A stretch of DNA of 64,000 bases from an uncultured Desulfatitalea sp. (GTDB taxonomy: Bacteria; Desulfobacterota; Desulfobacteria; Desulfobacterales; Desulfosarcinaceae), in contig CAXXMB010000002.1 of the NCBI GenBank assembly GCA_963668675.2, forward strand, positions 3,104,001 through 3,168,000, written 5' to 3'. Every line of letters starts with the position of its first letter. Within the stretch, counting starts at the first letter, position 1. The position numbers were made by a program, and so were the translations under genes. The notes under the pieces were generated by a model. That model was not told where the DNA came from. It worked only from the letters and a program-made list of their open reading frames with translations, and ran no database searches. Below are positions 57,805 to 64,000 of the stretch, one piece after another.

Positions 57805-58318
57805 TGGTCCTTTACATGTTTGAAAAAGCGTTGTCAGAAACTAGGCCGATGATAGTCTCAATAGCGTTTCTTGTAAAGAATTCGGCATTGAGGCCAGCGG
57901 AAGCCTCCTGGTCGCGAATGAAGCGCACAAAGAGGGTGATCCACCGTCGCGGAAGCGACAGATCAGTTCTGACAGACAAAAGCCTCCGCGATATGTCCAG
58001 TGCAGATGAGCAATCGTCAAATCCCCTCCCACCAGTCCATCGGATATCGCTTCTTACCGGTTTTGATTACAGCCTTCCCAACCAAATTAATTCATTCCAT
58101 CGCGTACTGTTTGACGTCCGGTAGTGGGTGCTATCGGGCAGCTATATGATATGACGACATGCTATGTATCACACTGACACATCGCCATAAAGTACAACCC
58201 AAAAACCTGGGGTTTGTCTCGTGGAAGTTTTGTTTTCCTCGGCGGCTGTTCTCGGTTAAGCAATTTTCGGGCATCTGTTATAATATTATGAATCCGGCAA
58301 CTCAAACGATCAACAGAG

Positions 58319-58411
58319 GTCATTCCGGCGAAAGCTGGGCACGCAGTTAAGCCGTAGAGCCATCCAGGCGATTAAAGGATTGCGGATCATGTCCGGGATG
58401 ACGAAGGTTGG
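58319..58411. repeat. REP-like element, copy 2
   Basis: GTCATTCCGGCGAAAGCTGGGCACGCAGTTAAGC...ATCCAG...CGGATCATGTCCGGGATGACGAAGGTTGG. Confidence 0.75.
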
Positions 58412-58833
58412 TTTATTTATTTGCCCTTTTCGCAACGATGGGCCTATCTATAACAAGGTAGATGGCCATAGGCCGTATCACATTGTGCTTGAAACCACAG
58501 AGGGATGTTACCCTTAAAATTCTCTTTTCTCTGTGCACTTTGTGGTGAAATGTCCATTTTTCGATGCCCTTTATTTGGTAGATAGAACCGAATAGCAATG
58601 AGCTTAAGCAAGCAATTGCCCCCTCATCCGAGGACACTATGGCGCGTCATCTTTTTTCGCCGATGGCGGAAAGCCGACAAGGCCAAACGGGTCATTCGCT
58701 ATGCGTTGTTGATTTGAACAGCAACTCTGGCCCTGCTGCCGCCAACGTTTCTGGTCCGGCGGAAAGAGGATTGCCACCGTGTGAATGACCGTATGGGGTT
58801 TCGAGTAAAACGATTTATCTAAGGGGGGGATCC

Positions 58834-59874
58834 ATGCCATCGGGTGCCGTAATCGACATCACCATTTGGTTGGGCATTGCCGTTTGTATCTCCCAATCGG
58901 CTATGTTTTCGGGAATGAATCTGGCGGTGTTCAGTATCAGCCGGCTGAGACTCGAAGCCGAGGCCGCCGGTGGAAACGCCGATGCCCGTCGATTGTTGGA
59001 AATGCGCCAGGACGCAAATTTTTTATTGACCACCATTTTGTGGGGCAATGTGGGCATCAATGTTCTCTTAACCCTGCTGTCCGATTCGGTAATGGCAGGC
59101 TTGCTTGCCTTCTTGTTTTCAACCTTTCTGATTACATTTGCCGGTGAGATTTTGCCTCAAGCCTATTTTTCCAGGCACGCCTTGCGAATGGCCGCGCTGC
59201 TAGGACCGGTGCTAAGGGTTTACCAGATTATTCTCTATCCGTTCGCCAAGCCCTGCGCTTTGCTGCTCGACCGTTGGTTGGGCCCTGAAGGGTTGCAGTA
59301 CTTTCGGGAGCGCGATTTGCGAGAAGTCATCAAGATACACATGACGGGTGATGGCAGTGACGTGGGGCAGGTCGAGGGGGTTGGGGCAATCAATTTTCTG
59401 GCTTTCGACGACGTTCAGGCCGGCCAGGAAGGTGAACCGATTGCCCCTGAAAGCGTGCTTTCCATACCGCTGGACGAAGGAGGTTTGCCAGTTTTCCCAA
59501 AAATTTCAAATGGGTGTTCAGATGCTTTTCTCAAAAAAATAAACCGCTCAGGAAAGAAGTGGGCTGTTCTCGTTGATGCACAGGGGGCACCTCAATTTGT
59601 ACTCGATGTCGATGGTTATATTCGTACTGCGCTATTGCAGTGTGATTCACCCTCAGGCTATGTTCACTGTCACCGGCCCATCGTGGTGACTGACGCCGGG
59701 ATGAAGCTTGGGGCGTTAGTGGAGCAATTCAAGGTGTTTAAAGAGGCGCCGGACGATGATGTGATCGACCATGACATTATCCTGGTGTGGGCGCACGAAA
59801 AGCGAATCATTACCGGAGCGGATCTGCTCGGCAGACTGATGCGAGGTATTACAAAGGTGAAGGTGGCCGAATAA
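58834..59874 (+). CDS. DUF21/CNNM transmembrane-domain protein
   Basis: 'SAMFSGMNLAVFS', 'LLTTILWGNVGIN', 'GEILPQA', 'PFAKP'; divergent CBS-like C-terminus 'IITGADLLGRL'. Confidence 0.85.
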   Translation: MPSGAVIDITIWLGIAVCISQSAMFSGMNLAVFSISRLRLEAEAAGGNADARRLLEMRQDANFLLTTILWGNVGINVLLTLLSDSVMAGLLAFLFSTFLITFAGEILPQAYFSRHALRMAALLGPVLRVYQIILYPFAKPCALLLDRWLGPEGLQYFRERDLREVIKIHMTGDGSDVGQVEGVGAINFLAFDDVQAGQEGEPIAPESVLSIPLDEGGLPVFPKISNGCSDAFLKKINRSGKKWAVLVDAQGAPQFVLDVDGYIRTALLQCDSPSGYVHCHRPIVVTDAGMKLGALVEQFKVFKEAPDDDVIDHDIILVWAHEKRIITGADLLGRLMRGITKVKVAE

Positions 59875-59989
59875 AACAACTTCCCCCCAAGATAGAATCA
59901 TCGCGATCCGGATATCGGGCTGATGGCAGCAGGGAGGGAAGCGGTCACCGGACAGATAGCGTCAAACCTGCAAAGCCGATCATGGGCAA

Positions 59990-62002
59990 TTGATGAAGGC
60001 AGGAGGGCCATTGCAGAAACAAATTTGGATAGATGAACATGCCCCAAGGGCGCTTGGGCGCATCCAGCAGCGGATTGAGTCGGATTTGGCTTCGGATATC
60101 GCATCAGGGCAGCACGAGTGGCAGGATTTTAAGCAACGACTGAAGGAGCATTGGAGTAAACTCTTCTCCCTGCTCCATCATCTGTATGGATGGCAGTACG
60201 ATTTTTTCTTTCACCTGGAGCAGATTACGCTTGCTGCAGCAAGGAGTTGGCTCACCCGGCCGGATGATTTGAAAGCGTTGGATGCACAACGAGAGGCAAC
60301 GCCCGATTGGTTTCAATCCCAGGAGATGATGGGCGGCGTTCTCTATGTGGACCTGTTCAGCGACAAGCTGGCCCGATTGCATGAGCATATCGTCTATTTT
60401 AAAAAATTGGGGCTCACATACCTGCACCTCATGCCGCTTTTCGCGGTACCCCATGGCGAAAATGACGGCGGTTATGCGGTCAGCGATTACAGGGCCATCA
60501 ATCCTGACATCGGCACCATGGAGGAGTTGTCCCGTCTGGCGCTTGCACTGAGGGAAGAAGGGATCGATCTGGTATTGGATTTTGTGTTCAACCACACATC
60601 GGACGAACACCAATGGGCGCGCAGGGCCCAGGCAGGAGACCGTCAATACCAGGATTACTACCATCTTTTCGATGATCGCACCCTGCCTGATCAATACCAG
60701 GTTCACCTGCGCGATATTTTTCCCACCATTCGGAGGGGCAGTTTCACGTGGCATGAGAAGATGCAGAAGTGGGTCTGGACGACTTTCAACAGCTATCAAT
60801 GGGATCTGAACTATGCCAATCCGGAGGTCTTTCGCGCCATGGCCGAAGAGATGCTCTTCTTGGCCAACCAAGGTGTGACGGTCCTTCGGCTGGACGCGAT
60901 CGCTTTTATATGGAAACGGTTGGGAACCGTTTGCGAAAACTTGCCCGAAGCGCACATGATCGTTCAAGCCTTCAACACTCTCGCGAGGATCGCTGCACCC
61001 GGTCTGCTCTTCAAATCAGAGGCGATCGTGCATCCGGACGAGGTGATCGCATATGTGCGGCCCGACGAGTGTCAGCTCTCCTACAACCCGACGCTGATGG
61101 CGCTGTTGTGGGAAGCCCTGGCCACACGTGAAGTCAAGTTGCTCGAGCATGCCATGCGCCATCGCAGCCATCTGCCGGAGGGGTGTGCCTGGGTCAACTA
61201 CCTGCGCTGCCATGATGACATCGGCTGGACCTTCGACGATGCCGATGCCCGTCGCGTCGGCATTGATCCGGTGGGGCACCGCAGGTTTCTCAATGCGTTC
61301 TACACCGGACGGTTTGAGGGCTCCTTCGCCAGGGGATTGCCTTTTCAATTCAATCCGGAGAATGGTGATTTGAGAGTGTCGGGGACACTGGCCTCGCTGG
61401 CCGGCTTGGAGCAGGCCATCGAGGAAGAAGATATGGAGCGAATCGAAATTGCCGTGCGGCGTATCAACTTGTTGCGTAGCATGCTTCTCTGCGCCGGCGG
61501 ACTTCCGCTTGTCTATTTGGGGGATGAGTGGGGCATGCTCAACGACTATACCTTTCTGACCGATCCCATCAAGGCCGGCGACAGCCGATGGGTGCACCGC
61601 TCGAAACGCAAGTGGGACGCGCGTGACGATTTGACCGATGCCGAAACGCTGCAATGGCGGTTTTTCAATGAGATGGTTCGCCTCATCAACATACGCAAGG
61701 GATTACCGGCTTTCTGCAATGGGGGGATGCGGGTGGTCGAGACGGGCAATCCGCATCTATTTGCGTTTATCCGCGAAAAGAGTGACCAACGGATCATGGT
61801 GGTCAATAACTTTTCCGAGCATGCCCAATCCATGGAATTTGATCGTCTGGAAAGAGAGAATTTTATCGGAACCATGGTTGATCGCGTAACCGGCGAAGCC
61901 ATTGATAGCGGTGCGGGGCTGCTCCTTGATGGCTATCGGTTTGCCTGGCTGGACGCGTATCTATCCCTGTCATCAACGGAAGTGGATGCACCTGGTTTTT
62001 AA
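59990..62002 (+). CDS. Amylosucrase-like GH13 enzyme
   Basis: 'DGGYAV', 'VFNHT', nucleophile 'RLDA', acid/base 'KSEAIV', 'RCHDDIGW', 'DSRWVHR'. Confidence 0.88.
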   Translation: MMKAGGPLQKQIWIDEHAPRALGRIQQRIESDLASDIASGQHEWQDFKQRLKEHWSKLFSLLHHLYGWQYDFFFHLEQITLAAARSWLTRPDDLKALDAQREATPDWFQSQEMMGGVLYVDLFSDKLARLHEHIVYFKKLGLTYLHLMPLFAVPHGENDGGYAVSDYRAINPDIGTMEELSRLALALREEGIDLVLDFVFNHTSDEHQWARRAQAGDRQYQDYYHLFDDRTLPDQYQVHLRDIFPTIRRGSFTWHEKMQKWVWTTFNSYQWDLNYANPEVFRAMAEEMLFLANQGVTVLRLDAIAFIWKRLGTVCENLPEAHMIVQAFNTLARIAAPGLLFKSEAIVHPDEVIAYVRPDECQLSYNPTLMALLWEALATREVKLLEHAMRHRSHLPEGCAWVNYLRCHDDIGWTFDDADARRVGIDPVGHRRFLNAFYTGRFEGSFARGLPFQFNPENGDLRVSGTLASLAGLEQAIEEEDMERIEIAVRRINLLRSMLLCAGGLPLVYLGDEWGMLNDYTFLTDPIKAGDSRWVHRSKRKWDARDDLTDAETLQWRFFNEMVRLINIRKGLPAFCNGGMRVVETGNPHLFAFIREKSDQRIMVVNNFSEHAQSMEFDRLERENFIGTMVDRVTGEAIDSGAGLLLDGYRFAWLDAYLSLSSTEVDAPGF

Positions 62003-62034
62003 TATTGACCCGGCGATTAAATGCCACAGCACTC

Positions 62035-62121
62035 GTCATTCCAGCGAAAGCTGGGCTCGCAGTGAAGCGCTATCCAGAATCTTGCTGGATTCCGGATCGA
62101 ATTCTGGATGACGAAGGTTGG
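62035..62121. repeat. REP-like element, copy 3
   Basis: GTCATTCCAGCGAAAGCTGGGCTCGCAGTGAAGCGCTATCCAG...CTGGATTCCGGATCGAATTCTGGATGACGAAGGTTGG, between convergent genes. Confidence 0.75.
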
Positions 62122-62138
62122 CCTGTTTCGATGCCGGA

Positions 62139-62939
62139 TTAATAATACCGTCGCGCACCTTTGTAGCGGGGATGGAAGTAGCTGTTGGAGAGAGCGGCCG
62201 TACGAATGCGCTTTCCCCTGCCGGGCGCATGGATGAACCTCCCACTGCCCACGTAAATGCCCACATGCGAGATGCGGCTGCTGCGGCCGGTGGCGAAGAA
62301 GACGAGATCGCCGGGTGCCAGGGCGTTTCGCCCTATCGATATTCCGGCACGGTATTGACTGTAGGCGTTGCGTGGCAGTTCCAGCCCGTTGAGGCGGTAG
62401 ACCGTCATGGTCAATCCGCTGCAGTCGAAACCGTTGCTCACCGAAGCGCCGCCCCACCGGTAGGGGATACCTATAAACCGGCGTGCCGTCTCTACAATGC
62501 TCTCCTGCAGGTGCTTTTCGGGATCGGTCCGACCGCCCGTGGGTCCTGGGCGTATGATGAAATAGTCTGAAATCAGCCCCCGGATCTGGAGCGCCAGCGC
62601 GCGATTGCGTGCGGCCTCTTTGGTGCCAAATCGTTCGAACCGGACTTTGTAGAGGCCGTCCGTGTCGATAAAATAGTAAGCGTCCAGACCGGCGGACTTC
62701 ATACGTTCGGCGTAGCGTGCAGCACGACCGACTGTGGAGAAGGCACCCACCTGGATGGTGAACTGTATGGCCGGCAGGGGCGGAACCGTCCGGGTTGCCA
62801 TGGGTGATGGTGCTGTAGGAACTCTCGCCCGCAGCGGCCTCACACTGCTTGTGCATCCGGAAACCATCAATACAGCACATGTCAGGCTCAACAACAGACG
62901 ACCACAGGTGGTTTGAAACAGTACTGTTTTTTTAACCAT
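62139..62939 (-). CDS. NlpC/P60 peptidoglycan endopeptidase lipoprotein with SPOR domain
   Basis: Lipobox 'VSGC'; SPOR 'IQVGAF...YKVRF'; 'PYRWGG', 'FDCSG', 'HVGIY', 'FIHA'; start uncertain. Confidence 0.9.
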   Translation of the reverse strand: MVKKTVLFQTTCGRLLLSLTCAVLMVSGCTSSVRPLRARVPTAPSPMATRTVPPLPAIQFTIQVGAFSTVGRAARYAERMKSAGLDAYYFIDTDGLYKVRFERFGTKEAARNRALALQIRGLISDYFIIRPGPTGGRTDPEKHLQESIVETARRFIGIPYRWGGASVSNGFDCSGLTMTVYRLNGLELPRNAYSQYRAGISIGRNALAPGDLVFFATGRSSRISHVGIYVGSGRFIHAPGRGKRIRTAALSNSYFHPRYKGARRYY

Positions 62940-63025
62940 GTGATCGATATTACTTCCATTGATTTTCAATTTCAACTGCAGGAGGTGGAACGGCGTGCTG
63001 GGGTGGAACCGACGCTGCGGTTACC

Positions 63026-63976
63026 TTACCCACAGGCCAAGGGATCTTTCATGAACGCCTCATCCGCCGCCTCGGGGGGCAATTTGACCACGAGGACGCT
63101 GGCCGGCGACCGCTCCAGCACCTGCATGGGAAGGCTCCCGACCATCAGGCGGTAGACATCATGGCGCAAGCTGGCCCCCATCATGATCACCGTCTCCCGG
63201 CCGGCGGCCTCTATGATCTGTTCTGCCCGGCGACTGCTCTCCACGACGATACGGCGGCCCGCCTTGTTGCAGTTGGCCAGCCATTCGCCGGCATGAGCCA
63301 GACACTCCTGCGCGGCTTTAACGGTCTGCTCGTTGTCTTTAGGCTTTTGGATACAGATCAGGTCCACCGGGGGGGCGATGGCGGGCAGCAGGTGTTTGAG
63401 CATCGGAAACTGTCGGCGCGAGGAGGGGGAGCCATCGGCGCAGACCAGAAAGCGGCTGTCTGGCCCGCCGGCGCGTACCACCAGTAGTGAGGTGTGCAGG
63501 TCGAGGGCCAGTTTTCGGGTGGTGCTGCCGGTTACCCATCTCCCCAGGCGGCTGCGCTGCGGGGGGGCGGCGATGAGAAGATCGTAGTGGTGCTCATCGA
63601 TCTCCCTGTTGAGGGCTTCGATAAAGTGCCCGTAAGATTCGTAAAACGGAACCCGGGTGCCGTCGGCCGCATTGCACACGAACATATGGCCCTTGGGAAT
63701 ATCGCGGATCTTGATGGATGGCGTCGCTACCAGGACGTCCCTGTCGATGAGATGCTCCATGGCCTGCGTCAATATCTGAAGACCGCGCGGCAACCGCTCT
63801 CGTTCGGCCAGGGGGAAATCGACGCCCACCGGCGGCGGGTCTTCAGCGGCGTGGGTGCCGGTGCGAACCGTGATCACGGCAATTTCGGCCTCTATCCGCT
63901 TGGAGAGTTCGGCCGCAAAGTGCAGCGCTTTTTCGGTCGCCGGCTTCCCGTCGATGCAAACAAGCAGTTTCAGCAT
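63026..63976 (-). CDS. Tandem universal-stress-protein-like protein
   Basis: 'LLVCIDG...GS', 'FLVCADGS...MVGS...SVLVVK'. Confidence 0.75.
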   Translation of the reverse strand: MLKLLVCIDGKPATEKALHFAAELSKRIEAEIAVITVRTGTHAAEDPPPVGVDFPLAERERLPRGLQILTQAMEHLIDRDVLVATPSIKIRDIPKGHMFVCNAADGTRVPFYESYGHFIEALNREIDEHHYDLLIAAPPQRSRLGRWVTGSTTRKLALDLHTSLLVVRAGGPDSRFLVCADGSPSSRRQFPMLKHLLPAIAPPVDLICIQKPKDNEQTVKAAQECLAHAGEWLANCNKAGRRIVVESSRRAEQIIEAAGRETVIMMGASLRHDVYRLMVGSLPMQVLERSPASVLVVKLPPEAADEAFMKDPLACG

Positions 63977-64000
63977 AGCACCACTCTTTCCCTTCTTTGA

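Noticed and set aside
57812..58066. 85-codon stop-free stretch upstream of corA on the minus strand, faintly like a protein C-terminal fragment
   Set aside because: No convincing start or RBS and no motif I can support
58441..58546. Small hairpins (GGCCTATCTA/TAGATGGCC; ACCACAGAG/CTTTGTGGT)
   Set aside because: Short and imperfect; may be decayed repeats like the 44937 element but not supportable as features

Overview
The window looks like GC-rich chromosome from a sulfate-reducing Desulfobacterota, probably Desulfobacterales (inferred from gene content and repeat types, not verified). The left part (1-28 kb) is mostly housekeeping: end of an NDP-forming acyl-CoA synthetase, azlCD, a YihY-family gene, a complete moxR-DUF58-batABCDE-type operon, a prenyltransferase-like/hexapeptide acyltransferase pair, an MFS transporter, two divergent Hsp20 genes with lon, rlpA-gmhB-recD2, nadB, an OmpA lipoprotein and an M20D amidohydrolase. 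The centre (about 28.4-56.2 kb) is the most striking part: a ~28 kb signalling/transport island with 6 histidine kinases, 11 intact receiver (REC) domains plus one remnant, 2 sigma54 activators and 4 atypical DASS/SLC13 transporters (one fused to a REC domain). It also holds USP, CBS and GNAT proteins and an unannotated 52-aa membrane protein. It is built as three sigma54-driven 'Cache kinase + output-less receivers + DASS' modules with visible -24/-12 promoters and candidate enhancer sites. The right part has corA, a DUF21 protein, an amylosucrase-like GH13, an NlpC/P60-SPOR lipoprotein and a USP. Several palindromic REP/MITE-like elements lie in intergenic regions. No rRNA, tRNA, CRISPR array, transposase or integrase was recognised. 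All family calls come from reading motifs by eye; no database search was run.
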